In this document: piece after piece, positions 15,453-26,256 of the stretch
Position numbering within the stretch: the first letter of the stretch is position 1
How the letters are laid out: every line of letters begins with the position of its first letter
Assembly: GCA_033813415.1 (NCBI GenBank)
Contig: JAPXRV010000005.1
Coordinates: 6,164-70,163 of the forward strand
Origin: Opitutales bacterium
GTDB lineage: Bacteria; Verrucomicrobiota; Verrucomicrobiia; Opitutales; JAFGAQ01
Direction: 5' to 3'
DNA length: 64,000 nucleotides
Notes under the pieces: generated by a model
Seen by the model: only the letters and a program-made list of their open reading frames with translations
Databases searched by the model: none
Told to the model about the DNA's origin: nothing
Translations under genes and position numbers: made by a program

Positions 15453-17807
15453 TCAGCGGACTTCCTCGTTCAGTCCGAGTTGCTGGAGGTACGCGATGAC
15501 GGCTGTCATCTGGCTGTTCGGTTCCAGAAAGCGATCCTTGGATTGGAGGTCGCGGGCGATTTCGAGAGCCTGAGCCTCGACTTGTGCCCGGATTTCATCC
15601 TCCGTCCAGTCGGGGAATGGCACCCCAAGGGTCCTGAGTGTGCTGATCTTGGAGGGGAGGGCATCCACATCGATCTTTTTGCGGGCCAGCCATGGGTAGG
15701 CCGGCATATTCGATCCATGGCCCATCCAGGGAAGTGCGGCTGCGGAGCCGGCGGAGGAGATCGCCCTGGGGTCCATGAAGTGGTCGAAATGCCAATCATT
15801 CGAGCGGAAACCTCCTTCTCTTGCCAGATCAGGCCCGATCCGGCGGGAACCCCATTGGAACGGATAGTCATAGATGGACTCGCCGAGGCGGGAGTAGTCC
15901 CCGTATCGCATCACATCGGGCTTGAGCATGCGGATCATCTGGGAATGGCAGTTGTAGCATCCCTCCGCGATGTAGATGTCGCGTCCGGCAAGTTCGAGAG
16001 GGGTGAGCACGCGTTGGATGCGACCCTCCAGATTTGCTGCACGGTTGACCATCACAGTCGGGATGATCTGGATCGCTCCACCGATTGCCACCGACGCGAA
16101 GGTCAGGACGGTGAACCCAAGTGAGTTGGCGAGCAGCTTCTCATACCATTGGGACCATCTGCTTCCACCGGCCTGGAAGTGAAGGATCGCCAACAAGACG
16201 GTGAAGATTGTTCCGAAGAGTCCGGTCAGCAGGAAGAAGCCGCCACCGAGCATCCACATGCACGCGAAGATGATGATCAGGGAAGTGTAAATGACGGGCG
16301 GGTTGAGCAGGCTGCCTTTGAAACCCTGTTGATCCGGCTCGGCGCGCCGGGGTACTTCGACGGTGGTGGAGACGGTTTCGGCTCCGGTGATGGTGCGGTA
16401 GATGTTGTAGGCGAGCAGGATGAATCCGATCAGGTAGAGGGTCCCTCCGATCGCACGGAAGAACATCAGTGGCCGGATCGCATTCAAGGTCTCGAGGAAG
16501 TTGGAGTAGGCTAGACTGGTCCCGGAGTCATTGAGGGCATTGAGCATCAGGCCCTGCGTGATCCCGGATACCCACATCGCCAAAACGTAAAGGAGGATCC
16601 CGACCAGTCCGATCCAGAAGTGGAAGTTGGCGAGGCTGCGCGAATAGAGTGGACGGTTCCAGAGGCGGGGTGCCAACCAGTAGAACATGCCTGCGGCCAT
16701 GAACCCGTTCCAACCGAGTGTGCCCCCGTGCACATGTCCGATGATCCAGTCGGTGTAGTGCCCGAGCGCATTCACGGATTTGATGGCAAGAAGGGGTCCC
16801 TCGAAAGTGGCCATTCCGTAAGCGGTGATCCCGACCGCGAAAAACTTCATGATCGGGTCCTCGCGCATCCTATCCCATGCTCCCTTCATGGTGAGGAGCC
16901 CGTTGAGCATGCCACCCCATGACGGTGCCCATAGCATGAGCGAGAAAGTCATGCCGAGATACTGTAGCCAGGGCGGAAGTGCGGTGTTCAGCAGGTGGTG
17001 GGGTCCGGCCCAGATGTAGATGAATACCAGCGACCAGAAGTGAATCACCGACAGACGATAGGAGTAAACCGGACGGTTAACCGCCTTGGGCACGTAGTAA
17101 TACATGATCCCCAGAATCGGAGTGGTAAGGAAGAAGGCCACCGCGTTGTGTCCATACCACCACTGCACAAGGGCATCCTGAACTCCGCCAAACACCGGGT
17201 AACTATGCATCAGACTGGTGGGAAGCGATAAGTGGTTGACCACATACAGCAGGGCGACGGTGATGATCGTGGCAATGTAGAACCAGATCGCCACGTAAAG
17301 GGTGGGTTCGTTGCGCCGGGCGAGGGTCCAGAAGAAGTTGATCGCGAAAATGACCCAGATGACGGTTACGGCCACATTCAGGGGCCAGATCAGTTCGGCG
17401 TATTCCTTTCCTCTGGAGAGTCCGAGTGGCAAGGTGATGGCAGCTGCCACGATGATCGCCTGCCAACCCCAGAAATGAATGGACGACAGCCAATCGGATG
17501 CGAGCCGCGCCCTCACCAGACGTTGCGTGGAGTGGTAGATGCCCGCGAACATCATGTTGCCGACGAAGGCGAAGATCGCCGCATTGGTGTGAAGCGGGCG
17601 AAGGCGCCCAAAGGTGATCCACTCGATCGACCATTGCTTTCCGAACAGGTAGATGCCGCCATTGATCTGCCAGAAGTTCAGCATGAACGCGACGATGGCG
17701 CCAAAGGTCATGGCGACTACGCCCCAGAATATGGCGGCCAGCATGAATTGGCGAACCACCCGGTCGTTGTAGGTGATGGAGATCGTGGGCGAAGGCGACG
17801 TTTGCAT
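15453..17807 (-). CDS. ccoNO: fused cbb3-type cytochrome c oxidase subunits I+II (CcoN-CcoO)
   Basis: 784 aa. The N-terminal part is a multi-TM haem-copper oxidase subunit I. The C-terminal part is CcoO, with CYNCHSQMIR and RIGPDLAREGG...DWHFDHF. Confidence 0.9.
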   Translation of the reverse strand: MQTSPSPTISITYNDRVVRQFMLAAIFWGVVAMTFGAIVAFMLNFWQINGGIYLFGKQWSIEWITFGRLRPLHTNAAIFAFVGNMMFAGIYHSTQRLVRARLASDWLSSIHFWGWQAIIVAAAITLPLGLSRGKEYAELIWPLNVAVTVIWVIFAINFFWTLARRNEPTLYVAIWFYIATIITVALLYVVNHLSLPTSLMHSYPVFGGVQDALVQWWYGHNAVAFFLTTPILGIMYYYVPKAVNRPVYSYRLSVIHFWSLVFIYIWAGPHHLLNTALPPWLQYLGMTFSLMLWAPSWGGMLNGLLTMKGAWDRMREDPIMKFFAVGITAYGMATFEGPLLAIKSVNALGHYTDWIIGHVHGGTLGWNGFMAAGMFYWLAPRLWNRPLYSRSLANFHFWIGLVGILLYVLAMWVSGITQGLMLNALNDSGTSLAYSNFLETLNAIRPLMFFRAIGGTLYLIGFILLAYNIYRTITGAETVSTTVEVPRRAEPDQQGFKGSLLNPPVIYTSLIIIFACMWMLGGGFFLLTGLFGTIFTVLLAILHFQAGGSRWSQWYEKLLANSLGFTVLTFASVAIGGAIQIIPTVMVNRAANLEGRIQRVLTPLELAGRDIYIAEGCYNCHSQMIRMLKPDVMRYGDYSRLGESIYDYPFQWGSRRIGPDLAREGGFRSNDWHFDHFMDPRAISSAGSAAALPWMGHGSNMPAYPWLARKKIDVDALPSKISTLRTLGVPFPDWTEDEIRAQVEAQALEIARDLQSKDRFLEPNSQMTAVIAYLQQLGLNEEVR

Positions 17808-17978
17808 GGTTTCCGATTGGGCGAGAGTCGTCTGGAGCAGATAGATTTGGGGCTATACGCTGTGCGATGCCCATAATGAGTGAAGAGAGTGCAAATCTGC
17901 AAGCGCGCTTATAAGGTTTCGTCTCATTCCGGCGGCAGGATTTGACCTTATGCGTAACCCTTGCATGGGTATTGGCGC

Positions 17979-18653
17979 ATGACGCGACCGCATTCATTGG
18001 CATCCATCCCGGATTTCAGATCCGCAAAGTTTCAGCATGGGAGACGGCTTGTGGGTCTTCTGGTGGGATTGGCCTGCATTGTCGCTGTGTCCTGCAAGCG
18101 GGATGAAATCGTCACATATTCGATTCCCAAGGAAGAGAGGGCAGCGCAGGCGGGACTGCCCGCCGATGTTGCGCAGTCTCCGGAGGGCGGCATAGTGCGG
18201 TTGGAGTGGAAGGCCCCGGAGTCGTGGGTGCGTGAGGCCGACCGGCCGATGCGGGAAGCCACCTGGACGATCCGTGGCGGGTCCGCCCCGGTGGAGGTCA
18301 TCCTGAGCCGATGGGCGGGTGGCGCGGGACGTCCCTTGGAAAATGTGAACCGGTGGAGGGGGCAAATCGGCTTGGATCCGGTGGGTGGCGCGTTCCTGCT
18401 CAAGGCGCGTGCGGTGGTCGAATCAAAAGCCGGACAGGTTCAGGTGTGGGTGCTTCCGGATCCCGTGCATGAAGCCGCTGTGGCATCCGATACCACTATG
18501 ATTGCCGCGATGCTCGACTTGCCGGATGCGTCCTGGTTTGTCCGCATGACGGGGGCCACGGCTGATGTGCAGCCACTCAGGGATGATTTTTTAGTTTTTG
18601 TCTCCAGTTTCGAGCCTGTCGGTTCCGTGGTTGGGATGCAGCCGGAGCAGTGA
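17979..18653 (+). CDS. lipoprotein of unknown function
   Basis: The lipobox is LACIVAVSC. The NVNRWRGQIGL motif is notable. It lies between the cco promoter region and ccsBA. The ORF is open from TTG 17961, and the first ATG is at 17979. Confidence 0.6.
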   Translation: MTRPHSLASIPDFRSAKFQHGRRLVGLLVGLACIVAVSCKRDEIVTYSIPKEERAAQAGLPADVAQSPEGGIVRLEWKAPESWVREADRPMREATWTIRGGSAPVEVILSRWAGGAGRPLENVNRWRGQIGLDPVGGAFLLKARAVVESKAGQVQVWVLPDPVHEAAVASDTTMIAAMLDLPDASWFVRMTGATADVQPLRDDFLVFVSSFEPVGSVVGMQPEQ

Positions 18654-18668
18654 ATCTGAAGGAATGGT

Positions 18669-21600
18669 ATGATGCGCATGTTTCAGGCAGTTTTCCGATT
18701 TCTGGCTTCGCTCAGGCTCACCGTTGTTTTGCTTGGGTTTGCGATGATTCTCGTGTTTTTCGGCACCTTGGATCAGGTTCACTATGGGATTCACCACACC
18801 CAGGAATTGTATTTCCGGAGTTGGGTCGCGTTTTGGTCCTATCCGGAGCAATGGCCGTCTGGAGATGTTTTGAAGGTAATCGTGCTGCCGATCCCCGGCG
18901 GGTATCTGGTGGGTTCACTGCTCATGTTGAACCTGCTGTTTTCGCGTTCGACCCGGATTCGTCGCGGATGGGACAAAGCGGGCATTTTTCTCATACATCT
19001 TGGTTTCTTTCTGTTGCTGTTAGGTGAGGCGCTCACCGGTTGGCTCGCGGTCGAGAACCGGCTCTGGTTGAATGTCGGATCCTCGGGAACCTATGTCGAA
19101 AGCTATCGGGATAATGAACTGGTGGTTATCGACCGCAGTGCTCCGGACTCCGATACGGTCACCAGTATTCCCTTCGGGATGCTGGATACGGGTGAGGTCT
19201 TCCGCGAATCGGGTTGGCCATTTGAAGTGAAGGTGGTCGCGGCGTTTCATAACGCATTCTTGACGGCGGACCCTGCGGCGAAGAACGCGCCGGGAAGGTT
19301 CAGCGCCACGCGGGGAATCGCCAAAGATCAGGGGATGAGTGCATTTGCTGCACGCCGGACCTTCCGGGAAGGCGAAGTGGATCGGAGTTCCGCCGTGGTT
19401 GAGGTTTTGCGCAAGGACGGGTCCTCATTTGGAACATGGCTGCTCAGCAATGTGTTCGATGAGCGTTTTCCAGTGCAGGAGTTTGAGGTTGATGGGAAGG
19501 TGTATGAGCTGGCGCTGCGCTTTAGCCGCACCTATCTGCCGTATCGGGTTCATTTGGACCAGTTCACCCATGATCGTTATCCGGGAACGGAGATTCCACG
19601 CAACTTCGCGAGTCAGGTGCGCCTCACTGCCCCCGAAGGCGGGTTGATCCGTGAGGCGATCATTGCGATGAATCATCCTTTGCGGCATGGCGGGCTAACG
19701 TTTTATCAGGCATCATTCGGCGAAGGGGATCAGGCTTCGATGCTGCATGTGGTGAAGAATCCGGGGTGGACGATTCCTTACCTTGCCTCCATCCTGATGG
19801 GAGTTGGAATGTTCTGGCAATTTGCGACCCACCTGATCCGGCACCTGGCGAAGCGTAAACAGACTGGGCCAGTGGTTGATTCAGCACCGACTGTTACCGT
19901 GGCTTATCCTGCCCGCCCGGATGATTCGCGTAATGTGCGCTGGTGGGCGGTTACAGTGGCGTTGGTTTGCGTGCTTGTGATTGGTGGCCGGCATGCGGGC
20001 TCCGCGATGCGGCAGGGTTCGGACCTGGGTGCCATCGGGAGTGTTCCGGTGCAGAGCGACGGACGGGTCAAACCCTTTGACAGCCTTGCCCGGACCAGCC
20101 TGATGATCATTCACGGGAAGTTCAGTGTGCGCTATCCGGATGGACGGAAGCGATCGGCCTCTCATTGGTTGATGGACGTGATTGCACGTCCCGATATCGC
20201 CGGGCAAGTGCGGGTTTTCCGGGTGGATCATCCGGAGGTGTTGGCCCTCATGGGCTATCCGGCGGATGAGCGCAATCAGTTTTCACCAGACGAAGTGTTG
20301 CCCCATCTGGCCCGGATTCAGGATCAGGTGGATCGGGTTCAGCCGGAGGCCCAGCTCCGCAGTGACTACGAGCGGCACATCATGAAGCTATGGGATGCCA
20401 TCCTCACCTTGCGGCACTTGCAGCGGGCTTTTCACGCGCTGGATAAGGTCGAAGCAGGGGAAAGTGTTTCCGGCCAATACGAGGAGTTCCTGAAGGCGGT
20501 TCCCGACGGGATCCGGGCGATCCGGCTCCAGCAGGAGGGCAAATCCTTCGACGAGGCGGCGCTTGCCCGTTACATTGGATTTGCGGGAATGTGGATCCGG
20601 CAGGCACAGGCGGTCTCCATCGGTTTGGTGCCGCCCTTAGATGCGGAGGATCGTGCTTCGGTGCATTGGCTTTCGGCCGGAGAAACCCTGATGCGCGCTT
20701 CGCTTTCGACGGCGCCCCTTTCGGGCGCAATGGCTTGGGCACGCTTGATTGATGCATGGAAGGCGGGTGATGCCGCCGGAATCGCGGACGCCGTAGCCGG
20801 AATGAAGACGGCTATTCCAGGTGAAGTCTATCCGCAGGCGAGGGTTGGAGCCGAATGGGCCTTTAACCAGATCCAGCCGTTCTATCTGACGCTTCAGCTT
20901 TACGTGGTCGCTTTGCTTCTGGTCTTGGTGTCATGGATGCGGAGTCCAGCTGTGTTTGGGCGGGCCGCGGGATGGATTGTGGTGGTCGCCTGGGTTCTGC
21001 ACACTGTCGGGATCGTTGCCCGGATGCTGGTGCAGGGGCGACCCCCCGTCACCAATCTGTATTCCTCCGCTGTGTTTGTGGGATGGGGAACTGTTTGGAT
21101 CGCATGGATCATCGAGAGAGGCTGGAAAAATGGCATCGCGCTGGCGACCGGCGCCTTGACCGGTTTTGCAACCCTGGTGATTGCGCACAACCTTGGATCC
21201 GGTGGGGATACACTGGAATTGATGCGGGCGGTGCTCGACTCCAATTTCTGGTTGGCGACCCATGTGGTGGTGATCACTTTCGGATACTCGGCGATGTTCC
21301 TTGCGGGTTCAATGGCTCTGGTTGGAGTTCTTGCGACTTGGATCCGGCGCAAATCCGATCCCGTTTGGATGAGCCGCTTGGTTGGCTCGGTTTACGGCGT
21401 CCTCTGTTTCGCGCTCCTTTTCAGTTTCGTGGGGACCGTCCTTGGCGGCATCTGGGCGGATCAATCCTGGGGGCGCTTCTGGGGTTGGGATCCGAAAGAG
21501 AATGGAGCCCTTTTGATTGTGCTGTTTGGCGCGCTGCTCCTGCACGCCAAGTGGGGGCGTCTCGTCGATGCCAAGGGATTTCTGATCCTCTCGATTGGCT

Positions 21601-21785
21601 GCAATATTGTCACGGCATGGTCCTGGTTCGGAACCAACATGCTGGGAGTCGGGCTCCACTCCTACGGCTTCATTGACTCCGCATTCTTATGGCTGATATC
21701 CTTCGTGCTATTCCACCTCGCCATCATGGGCATGGCTTCGGTATCCGGATTTTCCAAACCCGGTAAGGAGGAACCCCGGGGATAG
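18669..21785 (+). CDS. ccsBA: fused system II cytochrome c biogenesis protein CcsB(ResB)-CcsA(ResC)
   Basis: 1038 aa. The N-terminal part is ResB-like (MFQAVFRFLASLRLTVVLL). The C-terminal part is CcsA, with the WWD-type motif WGRFWGWDPKENGAL. Confidence 0.85.
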   Translation: MMRMFQAVFRFLASLRLTVVLLGFAMILVFFGTLDQVHYGIHHTQELYFRSWVAFWSYPEQWPSGDVLKVIVLPIPGGYLVGSLLMLNLLFSRSTRIRRGWDKAGIFLIHLGFFLLLLGEALTGWLAVENRLWLNVGSSGTYVESYRDNELVVIDRSAPDSDTVTSIPFGMLDTGEVFRESGWPFEVKVVAAFHNAFLTADPAAKNAPGRFSATRGIAKDQGMSAFAARRTFREGEVDRSSAVVEVLRKDGSSFGTWLLSNVFDERFPVQEFEVDGKVYELALRFSRTYLPYRVHLDQFTHDRYPGTEIPRNFASQVRLTAPEGGLIREAIIAMNHPLRHGGLTFYQASFGEGDQASMLHVVKNPGWTIPYLASILMGVGMFWQFATHLIRHLAKRKQTGPVVDSAPTVTVAYPARPDDSRNVRWWAVTVALVCVLVIGGRHAGSAMRQGSDLGAIGSVPVQSDGRVKPFDSLARTSLMIIHGKFSVRYPDGRKRSASHWLMDVIARPDIAGQVRVFRVDHPEVLALMGYPADERNQFSPDEVLPHLARIQDQVDRVQPEAQLRSDYERHIMKLWDAILTLRHLQRAFHALDKVEAGESVSGQYEEFLKAVPDGIRAIRLQQEGKSFDEAALARYIGFAGMWIRQAQAVSIGLVPPLDAEDRASVHWLSAGETLMRASLSTAPLSGAMAWARLIDAWKAGDAAGIADAVAGMKTAIPGEVYPQARVGAEWAFNQIQPFYLTLQLYVVALLLVLVSWMRSPAVFGRAAGWIVVVAWVLHTVGIVARMLVQGRPPVTNLYSSAVFVGWGTVWIAWIIERGWKNGIALATGALTGFATLVIAHNLGSGGDTLELMRAVLDSNFWLATHVVVITFGYSAMFLAGSMALVGVLATWIRRKSDPVWMSRLVGSVYGVLCFALLFSFVGTVLGGIWADQSWGRFWGWDPKENGALLIVLFGALLLHAKWGRLVDAKGFLILSIGCNIVTAWSWFGTNMLGVGLHSYGFIDSAFLWLISFVLFHLAIMGMASVSGFSKPGKEEPRG

Positions 21786-21876
21786 CTTCAGAAATCCGGT
21801 TTTTTACAGATATCCTGCTATTAATCGAGGTGGGTTGCCGGATATTGATCCATTAGAGGGATGATTGGCCAGTGCA

Positions 21877-24042
21877 TCAAGCTGGTGGATGCCTGGTGTC
21901 CGCAATGGACCTGAGGATGTTGAATAGGAAGTCCTTGCGAACGGGTTTTGAGAGGTAATCCATCATTCCGGCATTTCGGCAGGTTTCGCGAATGTTGGCC
22001 GTCACATCGGCGGTTACGGCTATGACCGGGGTTTTTCGATTTGGACCGGGACTCGACCGAAGCGTTCTTATCACCTCAAATCCGCTCATACCTGGCATCG
22101 CCAAGTCGAGCAGTATGGCGTCGTAGCTATCATTACGCAGGTGATCCAGCGCCTCCATTCCACTGCTGGCCAAATCGCAGGAGGCCCCCATTTTTCCGGC
22201 GAGCGATGATACAACGATGGCGTTGTCTGGGCGGTCATCGACGACGAGTAGATGAAGTGAGCGGGAGAGACGCAGGCTGGATTCCGAGGCAGCGGCAGAT
22301 AATCCGTTATGCGAGTCTTGATCGGGAATTCCGAGGGGAAGGCAGAACCAGAAAAGCGAGCCTTTTCCTGGTTTGCTTTCGACGCCAATTTGTCCGTCGA
22401 GAGTCTCAACGAGCTTGCGGCAGATCGCCAACCCAAGACCAACCCCGCCGTAATCGCGGCTGAAGGATGCATCCACCTGCGAGAAGGGATGAAAGAGTTT
22501 GCTGATTTGTTCTGGGGAAATGCCTATCCCGGTGTCTTCAACCTCGAAGCGAACCAGCGCGTGGTTGGCGGACGAACGGGAGAGTCCAACCCTGAGACAA
22601 ATGGAGCCTTCCCGGGTATACTTGGTGGCGTTTCCGAGGAGGTTGCCCAGGATCTGGTTCAGCATGGAGTGTTCTCCACGGACTTCAAAATCCGGCGGGA
22701 CCGGTTGTAGATCCGTAATCCCGTTCTGCAACGAGATGTGAAGCCCATGTGCCATCGGAGAGATGTCTTCAATGGCGCATTGGCAGGTATGCAGGAGTTT
22801 GAATCGGGTTAATACGGGCTGCAGGGATCCACGGTCCAGACGGGTGTAGCCGAGAATGTGGTCGATCAACTTGAGTTGGCTTTCCGCAGCATCGACAATG
22901 GCGTGCAGGAACTTGCGGTGGTTTTCGTCCGGCACTCCATCATCCAGAATCAGGTTCGCAAAACCAAGGATCGGGTTCAGCGGCGTCCGCATTTCATGGC
23001 TCATTACCGCAAGGAACTCATCCTTTGCCCGGCTTGCACTTTCAGCGGCTTCCTTTTGTTTGTGGAGTTCGGTGACCATTCGGTCCCGCATAGCCAAGGC
23101 CTGCTTGTGGCCGTGGATGTCAACTCCGTTCCCGACAAGCAATTGCAGTTGTCCATCCGCATCGTAGACGGGAGTGATGACGTTGCGGAACCAACGGTAG
23201 TTGCCATCCTTCCCCATGACCCGGATTTCGTTGGCCGGTTGGGGTTGGCCGGTTTCAATCGTTAGCGCAAGGTATTTTTCGCATATGGGAATGTCATCAG
23301 GATGAACGAAGGAATGGTAATCCCTGCCGAGCATCTCATCGGGGAAATACCCCAGATGTGTCTTCCAACTGGGGGAGGCAAAGGTTAGTTTCCCGTCAGC
23401 AGAAATCGAGTAGATGATGGATTGACTGTGATCTACCAATGCCCGGTACTTGCCTTCGATTTCCCTAAGCGAGTGTTCAGCACGGGATCGGGATGAAACA
23501 TCGGTTATGTAACCTTCCAGAAACAGTTGTTTGCCATGCGATTCCAATGCTCCACGACCCCGCTCCCAGACCGTCTTCTCGACTCCGTCAGACGTGATGA
23601 TCCGGTATTGGATTTCGTAAGGGAGATTCTGTTCGGTTTTCTGTTGGATTTCGCTCCAAACGTAAGGGCGGTCCTCTTTCCGGATCAGGGATCCGTAACT
23701 CAGTTTTTTGTTCCCGATGAGATCCTCCAGCGGATATCCGGTGAGAGCGGAGACTCCATGGCTCATGAAAACCATGGTCCATTCCGGGTCGTTGTGGCAC
23801 CGGTAGACAACGCCGGGAATGTTCTCGAGCATGGATGCCAAGATGCGCCGGGACGCATCCTCCGGGATGCCGGAATGGGCTGGATCCACATGTGGATCCA
23901 CTTCGAGAGCGGATCGCAGGAGGGACTGCAATGCCAGATCCGCCCTTTCACATCTGGCGAGGAGTTCCTCGTTGGATAGTGATTCGGTGTTCATGATTCC
24001 GGATAAGGGATTTGCTTCGTGAGGATAACCGGAGGCGGGCAC
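21877..24042 (-). CDS. hybrid sensor histidine kinase / response regulator with PAS domains
   Basis: The H-box is SHEMRTPLNPILGF. HATPase N and G boxes are present (NLLGNATKYT, DTGIGI, GGVGLGLAI). The C-terminal receiver is LLVVDDRPDN...DLAMPGMSG. The start is uncertain and could be 23994. Confidence 0.85.
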   Translation of the reverse strand: MPASGYPHEANPLSGIMNTESLSNEELLARCERADLALQSLLRSALEVDPHVDPAHSGIPEDASRRILASMLENIPGVVYRCHNDPEWTMVFMSHGVSALTGYPLEDLIGNKKLSYGSLIRKEDRPYVWSEIQQKTEQNLPYEIQYRIITSDGVEKTVWERGRGALESHGKQLFLEGYITDVSSRSRAEHSLREIEGKYRALVDHSQSIIYSISADGKLTFASPSWKTHLGYFPDEMLGRDYHSFVHPDDIPICEKYLALTIETGQPQPANEIRVMGKDGNYRWFRNVITPVYDADGQLQLLVGNGVDIHGHKQALAMRDRMVTELHKQKEAAESASRAKDEFLAVMSHEMRTPLNPILGFANLILDDGVPDENHRKFLHAIVDAAESQLKLIDHILGYTRLDRGSLQPVLTRFKLLHTCQCAIEDISPMAHGLHISLQNGITDLQPVPPDFEVRGEHSMLNQILGNLLGNATKYTREGSICLRVGLSRSSANHALVRFEVEDTGIGISPEQISKLFHPFSQVDASFSRDYGGVGLGLAICRKLVETLDGQIGVESKPGKGSLFWFCLPLGIPDQDSHNGLSAAASESSLRLSRSLHLLVVDDRPDNAIVVSSLAGKMGASCDLASSGMEALDHLRNDSYDAILLDLAMPGMSGFEVIRTLRSSPGPNRKTPVIAVTADVTANIRETCRNAGMMDYLSKPVRKDFLFNILRSIADTRHPPA

Positions 24043-24153
24043 AAGTCGAATTCGGCAATCCCTTGAGTGTATAAAATCGGCAAAGTCAGCGAGTACTTAA
24101 CCCTTCTTGGTGGATGAGGTCGGAAATGCTTTCCCAAAGCCTTCGTTTGCCCT

Positions 24154-25758
24154 ATGGATTCCCGGGGTATGAAGTTGGGCAGATTCCGGATACTGATCGT
24201 TCTCTCACTCTTGTGGTCGGGCATGTCGAGTTGTATTGGCGCGGAGTATTGGGTCAGCCCTGACGGGAGTGCCTCCGGATCCGGTTCCGAAAGGGCGCCG
24301 TGGAGTCTTGCGCATGCGCTCTCGCATCCGTCCGGGTTGCAACCAGGGGATACGATTTGGATCCAGGGTGGTCGATATGTCGGGCCGTTTACCTCGGATC
24401 TTCGCGGGACTTCATCGTTGCCAATAGTTGTTCGGGCGGCCGCAGGGGAGCATGTTGTTTTGGATGCTTGTGGACAGGCTCCGGGAAATGCAGCGTTGTC
24501 GATCGCCGGTGTCTATGCATGGTATTGGGGTTTGACGCTGACCAATAGCGACACAGGAGAGCCTGCCACTTATAAGGATGGAGTCTACTTTACTGGGGCC
24601 AACAACAAGTTGATCAACTGCATCGTCGTCGACAATGGTGGAAATGGGATTGGATTCTGGAGCTCAGCGGTCGATTCGGAGGTCGCCGGATGCATCATTT
24701 ACAATAATGGTTACCGGGGAACGGATCGTGGGCATGGGCATGGCGTATACGCGCAAAACAGCACTGGAACGAAGGTCCTCCGAGACAACATCCTGTTCCA
24801 TTCGTTCGGGATTGGAATCCATGCCTACACGGAAAATGGAAGCATCAAGGGCTTTGACATCGAGGGAAACGTGTTTTTCAACGCCGGAATCCCGGGTAGC
24901 GGATTTATCGAGCGTAACCTTTTAGTGGGTGGTCTTCAGTCGGCGGCGCGCATCCGGGTGAGCGGAAACATGTTCTACAACCGGCCGCAGTTTCAGTCGA
25001 AGGCCAGTGCCCAATTCGGGTATTCGGTTCCGAACGAGGACCTTGTTTTTGAGGACAACACGCTGGTTGATGGGACCTTATGGTTTCCGAAAGCATGGGA
25101 AAGCGTGCGGAGTCGTGGCAACCGGATGTATGCCCGTAGTCCGGGGATTCAACTCATCGCCTTCGAACCGGTCGGAAATGTGGATCAGCCCGATTTCAAC
25201 ATGAACCATTACGCCGGTGGCACATTGGCGGGCATGAGTTTCGAGGATTGGAAGCGCACCAGCGGTCAGGATGGGAACTCGACCTATTCAGCGGCAATGC
25301 CGACGCAGACATATGTCGTCGTTCGTCCCAATCCCTACGAGGAGGGACGCGCGCATATTGTGGTCATGAACTGGAGTGGCGAGAGCCGTGTGGAGGTCGA
25401 TTTGTCGGCCGTTCTCGGATCGGGTGATCGATTCAGTATTCGCGATGTCCAGCATCTATCCGGCGATCCGGTGGTCGATGGGATATTCTCGGGCGGGGCC
25501 ATCACTTTGCCCATGGATCTTTCTGTGATCGATCTTCCTGCAAGGGAAGACAGCTACAGGAAACGCCTGACTCACACGATGCCGGAGTTTGGGGTATTTC
25601 TGATGGAGAAGCTTCCTGCTGCCAACAATTCGACCCCGATCCTTCACCCGGTGGGCAACAAAACCATCGAGGCCGGAAGTGTGATCCGCTTTACGGTCGA
25701 CGCGAGCGATGTCGACGGACCGCAGCCACTTGAGTTCAAGGCATCCGGGAATGAATGA
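24154..25758 (+). CDS. secreted right-handed parallel beta-helix protein (polysaccharide lyase/hydrolase-like) with C-terminal Ig-like segment
   Basis: It has a signal peptide and repetitive N/G-rich beta-helix turns (VVDNGGNGIGFWSS, IIYNNGYRG, HSFGIGIHAY). The C-terminal tail is PILHPVGNKTIEAGSVIRFTVDASDVDGPQPLEFKASG. Confidence 0.7.
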   Translation: MDSRGMKLGRFRILIVLSLLWSGMSSCIGAEYWVSPDGSASGSGSERAPWSLAHALSHPSGLQPGDTIWIQGGRYVGPFTSDLRGTSSLPIVVRAAAGEHVVLDACGQAPGNAALSIAGVYAWYWGLTLTNSDTGEPATYKDGVYFTGANNKLINCIVVDNGGNGIGFWSSAVDSEVAGCIIYNNGYRGTDRGHGHGVYAQNSTGTKVLRDNILFHSFGIGIHAYTENGSIKGFDIEGNVFFNAGIPGSGFIERNLLVGGLQSAARIRVSGNMFYNRPQFQSKASAQFGYSVPNEDLVFEDNTLVDGTLWFPKAWESVRSRGNRMYARSPGIQLIAFEPVGNVDQPDFNMNHYAGGTLAGMSFEDWKRTSGQDGNSTYSAAMPTQTYVVVRPNPYEEGRAHIVVMNWSGESRVEVDLSAVLGSGDRFSIRDVQHLSGDPVVDGIFSGGAITLPMDLSVIDLPAREDSYRKRLTHTMPEFGVFLMEKLPAANNSTPILHPVGNKTIEAGSVIRFTVDASDVDGPQPLEFKASGNE

Positions 25759-25863
25759 CTTTCGGCGATTGCCCCACTTGGGTTGGTAGAAAAACAAAGA
25801 GCCGATCCCCCTACAGAGGAACCGGCCCTTCAAATGCGATTATTGGATCAGAGATTAACCCTT

Positions 25864-26256
<393 letters not shown>

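Noticed and set aside
17808-17978. An FNR/CRP-type site (TTGAT-N4-ATCAA) in the cco/ccsBA divergent control region.
   Set aside because: The closest sequence (tttgaccttatgcgtaa) matches only one half-site, which is not supportable.
15432-18003. Several 200-270-aa ORFs overlapping ccoNO on both strands (15432-16124, 17203-18003, 17232-17876).
   Set aside because: These are out-of-frame or antisense shadows of the well-supported fused oxidase gene. Their sequences are Arg/Gly/Pro-rich.
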